Assembly: GCA_951406725.2 (NCBI GenBank) | Contig: OX597819.1 | Span: 73,780,001 to 73,844,000, forward strand | Direction of reading: 5' to 3' | DNA: 64,000 nt | Origin: Octopus vulgaris | Taxonomy: Eukaryota | In this document: piece after piece, positions 1 through 13,140 of the stretch | Layout: the number at the start of each line of letters is the position of its first letter | How positions within the stretch are numbered: the stretch's first letter is position 1 | Position numbers and translations under genes: made by a program | The notes under the pieces: model-generated | The model's input: only the letters and a program-made list of their open reading frames with translations | Told to the model about the DNA's origin: nothing | Databases searched by the model: none

Positions 1-1677
1 GCAGCAAATTAACTGGCACTGGAAATATAGTTGACCTAAACACTGGAATTAAAGAAGTAGATCATAATCACTCATACAAATACCTAGGAATAGTCAAGGC
101 AGCTAATAGACAACACATGGAAATGAAAATTAAGAATGAATACCTTAGAAGTGATATTGAACCAGTGCATGTGTTGTTATTGGTGTAATGACTCCACAAG
201 ACACAACAATACTATAGAAGAGTTAGACTAATATTATAAGCTTAAGTCAATGCTAGAAATAAAATTGGTATAAATATGCTGGCCATGCCAGTTGTAAACT
301 ACAGCTATAATATAATTAACTAGAATTTAACTGAATTGAAAAATTTAGTGAGAAAAACCAGGAAACCACTGACAACATACCGAAGCCATCATCCTGAAGT
401 AGATATAGAATATGCCCTAACCTGCACACATACTTGGACAGTTCAAATGCTTAGAAACAAAGAATGGAAAGCTCAAATGAAATAAACAAATAGAAAAAAA
501 AAAAGGACTGCCTTCTCTATACACAAGAAATGATAAAATAGAAAGCTGAAACAGACTATATTGAGATACTAAATTTAGACAAGAACACAACAAAAATGGT
601 AAAACAAACAAAAAAATAACATGAAAACGAACATAATCTCAAGAAGAAATGGAGAGAAAAATCACTGCGTGGTCAATACTTTGCAAGGCTTGACAGAGAA
701 GCCAAAGTGAAAGTCAACAATGGCTCAAAAACTCCAGAACAAAAGCAGAAATAGAGGAACTTTACTAAGCAAGACCAATGTCTGCTCACAAACTATGGAG
801 ATAAAAATCAAGAAAACTAATTGTAACAGGAAATGCATCATTGTGCAGCCAACACAATGAGACAGTTGACCGCACCATCTCCAGTTGCCCAGTGCTTGCC
901 AAATGTGAGTATTATACACGGGGATGACTTGTTTGGCAGCTACATTTGCTGGGCAATAATAGCAACACTTCAAAGTGAACACAAATAAGTAGTAAAAATA
1001 AGTATCGAAGACGGTACATGACAACGACCCGGTTACAATAATCTGGAATATGCTGTCCAAACTGACAAAGAGATCAAGGTGAACAGTTCAGACAATAAAA
1101 GACAAGAAAACAAGCAAATGCAGAATGATAGACATTCTGGTGAAAATATTTTGTTTGCAAAGTAAGGAGAGTATCAAAGCACAAGGACCTTGAAACTGAA
1201 AAACTCACGATGTGAAGCAGGACGGTGAAAACAATACGGCGAGTTATTGGAGCATTAGACATGATTTTAAAATTATGAAAAGAAATATAGAAGACATATG
1301 ATGGTTCATAACATTACACGTGGCTCTGCTAGGAACAACTCACATCTTGTTGAAGATGTTTCAATAGAATAACTCAAACAGAACAATCTTCACACAGTGC
1401 ACACACCCACAAGTACCGAGGAATTAAAGGTCCAACAAAATAACAACCTACCTTACACACACCAACATAGCATACACTAATTATAACAAGTAATTAAACC
1501 TCATAACAAATGAAACTGGTGTAAGAGGAGTCTACACTCCCTTAATCCTCTCAGAAATAAGAACACAATGCTGCACGCATCCCAGGAACAAGGAGGTGCA
1601 TCAGGTAGGGAAGTAAAAGCTGACATGAAACTACCGAAAAAAAAATAAAGGCTTATTATAATAGTAATAATAATAAT
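1..1677 (+). mobile_element. Degenerate R4/Dong-like (RLE-type) non-LTR retrotransposon, 3' part, antisense within CRYM intron 1
   Basis: Broken-frame translation gives SYKYLGI, NARNKIGINMLAMPVVNYS, RKTRK..YRSHHPEVDIE, ETVDRTISSCPVLAKCEY (zinc-knuckle region), VIGAL and ALLGTTHIL, typical of the R4/Dong ORF C-terminus. Ends in a (TAA)n-like tail. Many stops and frameshifts. Confidence 0.75.
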
Positions 1678-1867
1678 GGCACTAAACTTAAATGACCGAA
1701 AATAAACTTTTTGTTTTATGAACAAAATTTTCGCAATGAAATAAGTTGTCTCAGTTATGTAGGAATTTAAATTAATAATAGTTAAAAAAATCCTGAAGAT
1801 TTCTCATAAACAAGTCTATACAGAAAAAACTTACAAATCAACTTAATTAAAAGTATTTCATACAAAC

Positions 1868-2034
1868 CCATTATTCTCTTTAACTTCAATTAAAGTTTTA
1901 CAAGGTTGTATAATCTTTACGTTTTTGGTGACAGAATATTGCTTAAGGGTGTCTTCTAAGACAGGTATAAGATGTTGGTAAGTTAAAACTTTCCTGACTT
2001 CTTCGGCACTTACAAATCTTACGGTTTCTGCCAT
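1868..2034 (-). CDS. CRYM: Mu-crystallin / ketimine reductase (ornithine cyclodeaminase family), coding exon 1; remaining exons lie left of the window
   Basis: ATG at 2034 gives MAETVRFVSAEEVRKVLTYQHLIPVLEDTLKQYSVTKNVKIIQPCKTLIEVKENNG, then donor GG|GTTTGT (phase 2). Aligns with the human CRYM N-terminus (FLSAAEV..LIPPLETAL..MQPVRTVVPV.KHRG). Confidence 0.85.
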
Positions 2035-2334
2035 GCTGAGAGTTCAACAACAATAAAATCTTAAACTTCTAAATGATAAACTTTGCCCTATTTCTTTCTC
2101 TCTTTCCATCTCTAAATCGTTATCATTACTACTCTTTTTCTGTCCCGTCATGTACTCTGTTCTTACCCCTTTTCTCTGTCTAATACCCCACCAACCCTCT
2201 GAATTATTCCTCCACTTATTTCCCCCACATAATAAGTAGGTTATTTTATAAAACACGATTATATTTTCTTTCATTTCCATCTGCGACGTAGAGGGCGACC
2301 TTAAACCAAGGTCTATTCATATATATCTTTTTTT

Positions 2335-2725
2335 TTATCTTTTGTTTCCGTCATTTGATTGCGGCCATGCTGGGGCACCGCCTTGAAGGATTTTAGTCGA
2401 ACAAATCGACCCCAGGACTTATTTTTTTTAAGCATGGTACTTATTTTATCGGTCTCTTTTTGCCGAACTGCTAACCTACAGGCACATAAACACACCAACG
2501 CCAGTCATGAAGCGGTGCAGTGAGACAAACAAAGACATACATAGATATATACATATGTATATACAACAGGCTTCTTTCAGTTTCCATCTAGCAAATCCAC
2601 TCACAAAGCTTTGGTCAGCCCGAGGCTATAGTAGAAGACACTTGCCCAAGGTGTCATGCAGAGGGCTGAATCTGGAACCATGTGTTTGGAAGCAATCTTC
2701 TTAACACACTGCCACACATGCGCCC
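2335..2725 (-). mobile_element. tRNA-derived SINE, family A (head containing CACCTTGGGCAAGTG, plus tail)
   Basis: Same sequence recurs many times in the window (e.g. 12930-13325, 46222-46610). A/B-box-like head. Confidence 0.75.
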
Positions 2726-2898
2726 TCTTCACCCAACCCTGTGTGTGTGTGTGCGTGCGCGTGTACATATTACCATGTGATATCAAATCGATGTTGGTAC
2801 ATGGTTACACACAAACGTTGTATGCATTGACCAGTCTACCAACCATATCAGCAAAATTGGATTATGCACACACATGCATGCATACATACTTACATAAA

Positions 2899-2901
2899 TA
2901 C

Positions 2902-2960
<59 letters not shown>
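2899..2960. repeat. (CA)n microsatellite
   Basis: Directly visible. Confidence 0.95.
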
Positions 2961-2963
<3 letters not shown>

Positions 2964-3683
2964 TGGTTACAAATTTTGGCACAAGGCCAGCATTTTCAGG
3001 GGAGGGGGTTAAATCGATTACATTGACTCCGGTATTTAACTGGTACTTATTTTATCGACCCTGAAAGGTCTGTTTTGGCAAGGTTTTTACAGCTGGATGC
3101 CCTTCCAAACTCCAACCACTTTACAGTGTGGACTGGATGCTTTTTATCTGATGAATTGAAAATGAGCAAAGTGAATCAATTCACAATGGCCAGGGGCATG
3201 TATTTGAACAACAATAATGTATAAGGTTATATTAAGTAACACACAAGATAAATTCTTGATTTATTGAAATTATCTTTGCTTCTAGAAAAGAGAGAATAAT
3301 GGTTTAATGGAAAATAGGAACAATACCAAATAAAGCGGGGAGATGATCTCAAGAACGAGGATATACTATTATAAGAAGGATAGTTTGATTGTTTGGAGAA
3401 AGGAGGACAGCAGTGGATATGTGTTTCTGCCCCAATTGGCATCATCAGCACAGCAGTTGCTGCACTTGCCTTATTCCAGTAAAATAAGAAATATCGATTC
3501 AAAAATGACCAGTGGACTGAGAATTGTGGTATCAAATTCTTGTGTGGACTTTGCAGCAGGACACCTACCCCCATCCCTCTATATGATAGAGGCTTTACAT
3601 TGACTGTGGAAATAACAAGGTTTTAGCATTGATTGTGGAAAAAGGAGCTGGGCTTCAAGAACAAGTAGAAAATAGTAGATTAT

Positions 3684-3818
3684 TTACATTATTTACATTT
3701 GATGGATATTTGTCCTCATCTTGTTTGTTATTAACACAATGTTTCATCAGGTGTCTTGGGGAAATTTCGAACCTGGATTCTCATTCCTAAGGTATTTTTT
3801 AATGTTATTATTATTATT
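3684..3818 (-). mobile_element. Tail of a tRNA-headed SINE with a Penelope-type hammerhead remnant
   Basis: Minus strand reads (AAT)n-AACATTAAAAAATACCTTAGGAATGAGAA...GACAC CTGATGA AACATTGTGTT. Homologous to 29005-29175, 4430-4523 and 30001-30078. Confidence 0.65.
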
Positions 3819-5490
3819 GAGTGAGAGAGCAGTGCATGCCATCAAAGTGACACTGGAGTAAAATATACGAAGCCCAGTATACCCATCATGACTATCCGTC
3901 TGATAAGGGTACACCAGACACATGCATCACAACCATATGTGCGCGACCTGGTAATCTCATATCAAGATAAACAGCGTATGACCTTGCAGGTGGGGCCCAG
4001 TTAGAATTTTCTTCTGGTCGAGTAGCCCATTCCGCTCAAAAGGTCCCTGAATAATGATTGTTTAAGGATGTTGAACGAACCACCCATGTTTCCAAAGGTG
4101 AATTATCCAAATCTCCAAGAATTCCTTTCAACACACGGCTATGATGCTCCCTCATTACTTCTGCTTGTGGTCAGAGATATACATATCATCAGCCACTAAG
4201 GGACATTGTCAAGTGGTTAAGGTCAAACAACTGACAAGCAAATCTGTGGTATTGAGCAGAATATTTGCTGTAGCTCATCTTTTATACCAAGACAAAACAA
4301 TGTACAATATAACACTCCCAATCAGTTAAGATCAGAAGCCATGAGAGCCACTGTCTGGTACTGCATCAGGGCATTTATTATTATTATTATTATTATTATG
4401 ATGATGATGAAGGTTATTATGATGATGATGAGGGTATAGCAGCTGAAACGTTAACAACAAAGAAGATGAGGACAAATAACCATCAAATGTACATAATATC
4501 TCATCTCTTAAATACAGAACTGTAGAAATTAGTAGACTCAGGATTAGCTTTGAAAAGATCAAAGTGATGCAGATTAAAGCCCTAATCCTACCTTCTATCT
4601 TCGTAGAATAGTAGGTTGCGGAATATGAGATTAGGAGTAATGGAGACATAGAAAAATAATGTGAACAGTAGAATGGGTAAAGCATAGGTCATAGTCCCGT
4701 GTATGTGCCAAACCAAGACAACAGTAAGCATCAGAAAGGACATGAAGATCCGGTTACATGGAGAAATAGTTCTGTATGATGGCAGTAAAACATGTTAGTG
4801 AAAGAGGGCAAGGAGTTCGACACATTCTGTCAACAATATCTACTGAAGATCCTGAAATTGATTGAATGAGACAATATTACAAATAGAGAAATCTTTCTGG
4901 AAATCAAATTCCAGTCCTTTCAAAACAGTGTAGGGCTGCTCCAGGTTTGACTGGCAGGTCACATTCTGTACTTAAGTCATTTGGTATGTAATGACTGCAA
5001 TGATTGTTATCTGAAGAAAGAAAATGGGAAAGGGTCCAGTCCCGAGAACATTTGTGCTGACAAGCACCTGTGCTGTAACAACATATAAAGCGCTGGTACT
5101 AGTGCCACACATGAAGCTCTGGTGCTGCTGCCATGTAAAAAGCACCCAGTCCACTCTGTAAAATGGTTGGCATTAGGAAGGGCAGTCACGTACGTGTGAG
5201 GAAAAAACTGTAACAGATGGACTACACTAGAAAATCTCCCGTGTATGTTTAATGATGTGGGAGGACTTTAAACTAAGTTTAAATAAGATTTACAGATACA
5301 GCATGAAGTTTTGTCGGTGAACAGGTCGTGGTCTCAAAGCTACGAAAATATTTTGACAAATTAAATTTAAATGTTGAAGTGAATCTAACGGTTTTTGTGT
5401 GTTTCTTAAATGGCTTATAAATACCTTCCACGCTGCGATTGTTATATATATGTATGTATTAAAGAAAGCAAAAAATAAAACAAAAATGAT

Positions 5491-6880
5491 ATGTTCAGTA
5501 TGTTGGCGACAGGACTAGAGACTTGGTTAAATGAAGTTGTACGTATTGCAAAACTGATGGAATCGTGTGTCAGAGAAACACTCTGGAACTTCTGGAGCTC
5601 TCACAGTCTCATCCGACCCTCACAATATGGATTTGTCCCTAACTCCAGCTGCAGTGACCAGCTTGTCGAGTTCCTTGAGGACATTACTCAGATCACTGAC
5701 AGTGGTTCATGGGTGGATGTTGTCTACCTTGACTTTGCTAAGGCTTTCAACTCTGTGCCACACAAAAGGCTTATGGTGAAACTCTCTGCAATGGGTGTGG
5801 GGGATGACCTTTTTAACTGGTTGAAATCCTTCATCCTCAGCCGAAAGGAGGTAGTCACAGTTCTAGGACAGCACTCTACACCATATGAGATGTCATCGGG
5901 TGTACCACAGGGATCTGTCCTTGGTCCCCTCCTGTTTGTGGCATACATTAATGACATAGATGCCAATTTAAAGAATGCCACAGTATTGAAATATGCAGAC
6001 GACATCAAGCTGTACCTTGAAATCAAGAGGACTGATCCTGATGTCTACAACTCTTTCCTGCAATCAGACCTAGACACAATGCAGCAATGGATCACAGACT
6101 GGCAACTGAAACTGGCTGTGGACAAGTGTACCACCATGCATTTTGGGAGAAAAAACCCTGTGTCCACATACTCCCTTCACAACACTGATATCAAGAAATC
6201 CTCTTGCAAGCGTGACCTAGGCATCACTGTCAGCAGTGATTTGCGTTGGACAAAGCATATCTCTAAAATTGTCAAGAAGGCCGAGGGTGTCTTGGCATCA
6301 CTCAGCAAGACTTTTGTTAGCCGCTCTCCAGCCATCTATTTAAAACTGTATACAGCTATGGTACGACCACACTTGGAATTCGCATCATCAGTTTGGAATC
6401 CCTATCTTGCTCAGAACATCGACCTCCTGGAATCTGTCCAGAGACGTGCAACCAAACGCATACCCTCCATCAGACACCTACCATATTCTGAGCGCCTTGT
6501 TTCCCTGGGCATGGATTCACTGAAGCTCCGGCGTCTGGCGACGGACTTGGTAAACACCCACAAGGTTATCAACCACCTCACCAACAACAACACTGAACAC
6601 CTTTTTGATCTCCATGTGTCTAACACACGTGGACATGCCTACAAAGTCAGAAAACAGCACAGCTCCCATGACTTTCGGAAACATTTTTTCATGCTCAGGG
6701 TTGCTGAAGCGTGGAATAAACTGCCTGCATCAGTTGTTGACTGCCATGACACTGCATCCTTTAAGGCCCTCATGCTTCCCGAAATCCGTCGAAACTACAC
6801 CTGATTATATATACACTTTAGATGAGTTGTAGTGCACCTGAGCACTGTACACAATTATTATTATTATTATTATTATTATC
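5491..6880 (+). mobile_element. 5'-truncated CR1-like LINE with an uninterrupted 437-aa reverse transcriptase ORF (5491..6804) and (TTA)n tail
   Basis: RT motifs QYGF, VDVVYLDFAKAFNSVPH, SGVPQGSVLGPLLF, YADD and DLGI. CR1-type C-terminus RPHLEFASSVWNPY, LESVQRRATK, TRGH, WNKLP. No endonuclease domain. Confidence 0.92.
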
Positions 6881-7178
6881 ATTATCATCTCCCTCTTTCT
6901 CTCTCATAGCCACTCTTTCTCTCTCTTTTATTTTTACTCCCACTGCCACCATCAACACTACTACTTTTAATAAAACATCAACTCCCTCTAAATTTCTTTG
7001 TCTCTCTTTCTCTCCCTTTCTTTTCTTTCTCTCTCTCTCTCTCTGTCTTCGCCACCACACTCACCATCTTTATGTCTACTATTACTCTCACCCCACCATG
7101 AGAAATAGTAGGAGTGTCATTGAATAGTAAGAGAGCGGGGTCTAAGTGTGTCACACTGACACACAGATTAGTTTTCAC

Positions 7179-7420
7179 AGGTGGTGAAGAATGACCTTCG
7201 AACTTTAGGTCTCACCGAGGAAATGACCAGAGACCGAGACCTTTGGAAGTATGCTGTGCGTGGGAAGGCCCGGCAGGACAAGTGAGACCATAACCCGTGG
7301 CCTCTACCTGGGACGTAGCCAGCCCACTTATGCATACCTTTCCTTCTTGTGACACAAACCCTACTTGTGAAGACCTGTTGAGGCAAGTGAAAATCGAAAT
7401 CGAAATTGAAATCTTTCAAC
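7179..7420 (+). mobile_element. RTE-clade LINE 3' end fragment
   Basis: Matches the 3' end of the longer RTE piece at 29780-30000 (DLRTLGLTEEMT.DRDLWKYAV) and ends in (GAAATC)n. Confidence 0.75.
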
Positions 7421-7439
7421 ATCAATGGAAATTGTAGCT

Positions 7440-7830
7440 GAGATACCAGTGTCGGTGGCACGTAAGAGAACCATCCGAACGTGGCCGTTGCCAGCGCCGC
7501 CCCGACTGGCCTCCATGCCGGTGGCACGTAAAAAGCACCATCCGATTGTGGCCGTTGCCAGCCTCGTCTGGCCCCCGTGCCGGTGGCATGTAAAAAGCAC
7601 CATCTGATCGTGGCCGTTTGCCAACATCGTCTGGCTCCCGTGTCGGTGGCACATAAAAAACACCCACTACACTCTCGGAGTGGTTGGTGTTAGGAAGGGC
7701 ATCCAGCTGTAGAAACACTGCCAGATCAGACTGGGCCTGGCGCAGCCTTCTGGCTTCCCAGACCCCAGTTGAACCGTCCAACCCATGCTAGCATGGAAAA
7801 CGGACGTTTAACGATGATGATGATGATGAT
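7440..7830 (+). mobile_element. Non-autonomous RTE-related SINE-like element (family B) with internal ~61-bp tandem repeats and (GAT)n tail
   Basis: GGAAGGGCATCCAGCTGTAGAAAC...CCAACCCATGCTAGCATGGAAAACGGACGTTTAAC(GAT)n. Nearly identical copy at 23712-24027. Confidence 0.75.
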
Positions 7831-7854
7831 TATATTAGATAAATCAACAAAATA

Positions 7855-7952
7855 AACAAAGACGGAAGAAAATTTCTGGCGGAACATAATAATATTTACA
7901 CCGTTATAGCCAGTCTTCAAAGCGAAGATAGAAATAGTGTCAGGTTTTAGTA
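7855..7952 (+). promoter_or_regulatory. Putative NUP85 proximal promoter / 5' UTR
   Basis: Locally CpG-retaining unique sequence upstream of the ATG, with ETS-like CGGAAG (~7864) and E2F-like TTTCTGGCGG (~7873). Motif inference only. Confidence 0.4.
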
Positions 7953-7988
7953 ATGGCGAAGAAGCGGGAACGAGAGATCCCTGAACTG
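7953..7988 (+). CDS. NUP85: NUP85 exon 1 ([12 protein letters not shown])
   Basis: ATG context AATGGCG. Donor CTG|GTTTGT, phase 0, fits exon 2. Low sequence conservation. Confidence 0.7.
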
Positions 7989-10900
7989 GTTTGTTTATTA
8001 GCCCTTTACCTGAAATATTTATCTGTTAAAATAACAATTCAACGAACCGTTATTAATAATGTTGTATTTAAATGACAATAATTTTACTAAGAAGTTTCAA
8101 ATCTCTTTGAATTCAACTGAATTATTGAAATGTCGGCTTCACAAACGATATCGTGTTGGGTTTTTCGGCTGTTCTTGATTTTACTTATTTTATCACGTAT
8201 ATTTGTTTGTAAAAGGGTCTATTATTTACAAGTATAGGCATTCCTTCGGAATATTTAACAGGTTTCTCTGAATAAACAAAGTAATTTATAGCATTTCATA
8301 CGGAATCAACCAATGTAAATATACCCACCCTTTCGCAACAGGGACTGATTCTAAAGCCTTAATATAATAATAATTAGTAATTAAATTGTATTAAAAAGTA
8401 CTTTTTAGTTGTGAGTTGAACTTCAGCATGTACACGTGGTTTCTGTGGTTTAGAAAGAAATTTTAACTAACTTAATAATAACGGGAACGTTTTGTTCAAT
8501 GCGAAGAAGAATTAATTTAAACAATTCGAGACGTGCGATTCTTCGTATGCTTTCAGTGAAATTGGTCAAATGAGTCGTAGACCATCACTAATTAATATTA
8601 AAGATAGGTCATCTTTTATTGTTTACTTGGACTGCGGCCATGCTGGGGCCCCGGCTTAAAGAATTTTTAGTTGAATGAGTCGACTCCCCACCGACCCCAG
8701 TACGTATGGTTTTAAAGCCTGGTACTTATTCTATCGGTGTCTTACCAAGCCGCTAAGTTACGGAGACGTAAACGCACCAACACCTGTTATCAAGCGGTGG
8801 TGGATGCACACGCACACACATATATAACAAGCTTCTTTCAGTTTCTGGCTCGTGGCTATAATAAAAACCACTTATCTTCGGTGCCCCGGAACCATGTGGT
8901 TTGGGAAGCAGCTGGTTTCTCCCCAGCCACGCCTGCACCTATATTGTCATGTAAGAAAAAATCTTCCACATTCATCGTCTTCCCATTATTACGACACAAA
9001 ACATCTCCTCCGTAAATACCTAAACACAACCTCAATTTTTTTCTATTTTACATTTTTCCTCTTTCATTCTTTTTCTCTCTCACTAGTCTCTTTTGTTTCG
9101 CTTTCCGCTTTTCTTGTTACTGTTCCCTAGTCTTTTATCAACTAGAACTGGCTGCTAAATTAGTGACTTAAAAGCCTTTTGAAATTAAGGATTCTCACAA
9201 AACTTAAGGTACCAGATTTAAACCTGAATGCACACAATGTCACCGGTTCTATTCCTGACTTGCTAAAAATAGCAGCCAAATCTCCTTTAAATCACATCGC
9301 GCCCTGTTAGTAAAGGGGACATTGTATAATGTAACCCTAAATTCCTGAGATGGTTATGATTGGAATATCTTTGATTATAGTTCTGCTTGATTAGGGTTGG
9401 CCATGCTAAACAATAACAAGATAATCAATAAGGTCCCTCGTTAATTTACCAAGTGTATTAATTAAACTTATTTCTATTGTTGATAAATTGTTTTGTTCAT
9501 TAAAATGGACTAAAATTCTATATTTTTCATCTTTTATTTGTGTCATTGGACTGCGGCTATGCTGGGGCATCACATTGAAGCGTTTAGTCGAACTATTTGA
9601 CCTCAGTAGTTATTCTTTGAAGTCTGAGACCGATTCTTTTGCCAAACTGCTAAATTCATCATCATCGTCACCATCATCATTTAATGTCCGTTTTCCATGC
9701 TGGCATGGGTTGGACACTGACAGGAGCTGCATCATGTTCCAGTGTCTGTTTTGACAGGGTTTCTATAACTGGGCGCCCTTCCTAATACCAATTACACAAC
9801 AGAATGTACTGGGTACCTTTTACGTGGCACCAGCACTGGTGCTTTTTATGTAGCACCATCACCAGCCAAATTGTGAAGACATAAACAAACCAACACCAGC
9901 AGTCAAACAGTGGTGGGGACAACTAGAAAGCACACACACACACACCTACTTACATGCGATGGGCTTCCAAAACCATTTCTATTTACGAAATTCACTCAAA
10001 AGTCATGGCTCTAACTGGATCTACACAAAAGACATTTTGCCCAAAGTCGAGGAGAACCAAGACTATGTTTTGATTCTCTGTTGGAAGTATTTTGTTTTTA
10101 AGTTCTTAGGAAAAACAGAAACCTTAAATCTTTTCAGATCATTGTCATCATCATCATCATCATCTTTTATTTTTTACTGGTTTCCATCATTAGACTGTGA
10201 CCATGCTGGGGCACTGCCTTGAAGAATTTGTAGTCAAATGTATCAATCCCAATTTTTTAAAGCCAGCTACTTATTCTTTTGGTCTATTTTGCTGAACTGC
10301 TAAGTTATAGGGATGTAAACGCACCAATACTGGTTATCTAGCACAAAGACATAAATACATATATGATGGGCTTCTTACAGTTTCCATCTACCAAATCCAC
10401 TCAGGGCTTTGGTTAGCCTGAGGTTATAGAAGGTGCTTGCCCAAGGTGCCAGGCAATGGGACTGAACCTGGAACCATATGGTTGGGAAGGAAACTTCTTA
10501 CCACACTGCTACGCTTGTCCACTTTTCAACATTTGCATGAATCAGATGGAATTTAGAAAGGTAGATTTTCTATGGCCAGATGCCCTTCCTGATGCCAACC
10601 CTCACCAGTTTCCAAGCAAGGTGATATTTCCCATGGTCTGACATGTTTCTATGGAATATTAGAAATGAACAACAGAGACTCTTGTTTACAACTATCACAC
10701 AGTGTCAGGATAAGGAGACAGACACCCTCTCTCTCTTTCTCTCTCTCACACACACAAAGGACTTCTTTCACATCCACTCACAAGGCTTTGGTCAACCTGG
10801 GGCTGGAGTAGAAGGCACTTGTTCAAGGTGCCATTCATTGGGACTGAACCCCAGACCGCATGGTTTGGAAGCATGTTATGCTTCCATGCATAACAATTTT

Positions 10901-13091
10901 GTATTTCTTAAATTCTTCCAATTAAATTCTTGAATGGTAAGGTGGCTATATTTAAAAGAATTTGGCTCTGCTTTTTATAGAAGCATTTGTTGCTATGTTA
11001 TAAATGTTATTATTTATTGTTATTTAATTCTTTATATTTTTATTTAGAAAATTGCTGATCCTGTGTCAACTAGTCATGGCCTTGTTGCAGTTTGTGGAAT
11101 TGGTAACAAATTAATGGTTTATGGTGGCGCCAGCAAAGCATGCAATGATGCAGGTTTGTGTCATAATCTTTTTCAACTTTACACCTGTTTCTTTAGTGAT
11201 TTTATATCCCGTACTCCTCCTCCATTTAATGTTTATTTTTCATGTGGATCTTCCTCACTATACACATAGGTTATGTGCTTACCTTACGTGTAATGAGGAA
11301 GCATGGTGAACAAGGTGAACACTTCAGTGCAAGCCAAGGCATTGTAATAGTAATTGCACATTATGTATATGTACTTTTAGTAAAGTTGGTCTGATTTATT
11401 GAGAGCTGAATGTTCTGACTATGGACACTACACAAAGTGAATGCAAGGAAATGAACCACTAACCTTAAGCTTGATTGTCCACAACTGCATTGATTTATCT
11501 AGCCCTATTTTTGGAGATGAGAATGATGAAGGGGAAGTGGCTGAATCTTATGTGACCAGATTGTCAACCAAAGAGTGTGTCTTATTCACTTAACCATATC
11601 AAATAAGACTTCTGTATTTTGTTGACTATGTATGAAAATGCAGAGATGTTCTATCATCATCATCATCATTTAACGTCTGCTTTCCATGCTGGCATGGGTT
11701 GGACAGTTTCACTGAGGGCTGGCGAGTCAGGAGGCTCCAATCCAATCTGGCAATGTTTCTACTGCTGGATGCCCTTCTTAACGTCAGCCATTCCGAGATT
11801 GTAATGGGTGCTTTTTATGTGCCACTGGCATGAGGGCCAGTCGGGTGGTACTGGCATCAGCCACACTTGAATGGTGCTTTTCATGTGCCAATCAGGCAGT
11901 ACTAACTAACTAACTAACAGCCACGACAACAACTTCACTTGCCTCAACAGGTCTTCGCAAGCACAGTTTATTGCCCAATGATTGAAGGGTGCTCTTAAAT
12001 AGGCTGGTTACGCTGCACTGGCATTGGCCACGGTTACGGTCTCACTTGGCTTGCTGGGTCTTCTCAAGCACAGCATATCTCCAAAGGTCTTGGTTACTTG
12101 TCACCACCTCGGTGAGGCCCAATGTTTGAGGGTCATGCTTCACCACCTCATCCCAAGTCTTCTTGGGTCTACCTCTTCCACAGGTTCCCTCTACTGCTAG
12201 GGTGTGACCTTTTTTCACGCAGCTGTACTCATCCATATGCAGCACATGACCATACCAGCACAGTCCATAGAAAATATTTTACTTTGCAGCATGGATCATG
12301 TTTGTAAGCCATTTCAGAACACACAAAAACCGTTAGTTTCACTTCAACATTTAAATTTAATTTGTGTCAAAATATTTACGTGCTGCAATTGTTTTTGTTT
12401 CAGTACATGATCTCAGATCAAGTACTACAGCTCTATAATGTTTTACTTTTAATGATATAAATGTTCGGTGGGTGAAGAGAGCATTGCAGGGGAGCAGTTG
12501 GCCGAAATATGTTAAATGATGTCATAAGAGAAAAACTGCTGTTGTATTTCCTTACATAGATTGTTTAATGACCCTATGTTTCAGCAAAGATTCCCCTTTC
12601 CAAATAGAAGAAAGAAAATATTGAGTTTAGAGAAATGTTTTGTTATAGGCAGAACATTCTATTTTTATTTATCTGAAGCTAAACTTAGATTATAATGTTC
12701 CTGCTGTCACATTATTTACACATATTATTACAGTTTTTTCTAACAGCAAGTATTTTTCTGGTATAAATCTCTTAATACCTTGTTTCTATGACACAAACTT
12801 CTTGCTTTAAAATGATCTCAAACCCTTCCATCAAAATTTCATTTTATTTTTTATAGACATCAGATTAATAACAATTGTTTTACTAAACTCTTTGTTATTT
12901 TCAAAATTGATTCAAGCAAAAGCAAATATAGGTGCAAGAGTGGCTGTATGATAAGTAGCTTACTTCCTGACCATACGGTTCCAGTATCAGTCCCATTGCA
13001 TGGCACCTTGGGCAAGTGTCATCTACTAAAGCCTTGGGCCAACCAAAGCTTTGGGAGTGGATTTGGTAGATGGAAACTGAAAGAAGCCTGT

Positions 13092-13140
<49 letters not shown>

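Noticed and set aside
2281-2300. CTCF-like motif ACGTAGAGGGCGA upstream of CRYM
   Set aside because: A partial match to a short motif is not supportable without PWM scoring or ChIP data.
8130-8159. Alternative NUP85 first exon (ATG TCG GCT TCA...)
   Set aside because: The only phase-0 donor is a poor GTTTTT. The 7953-7988 exon has a better donor and start context.
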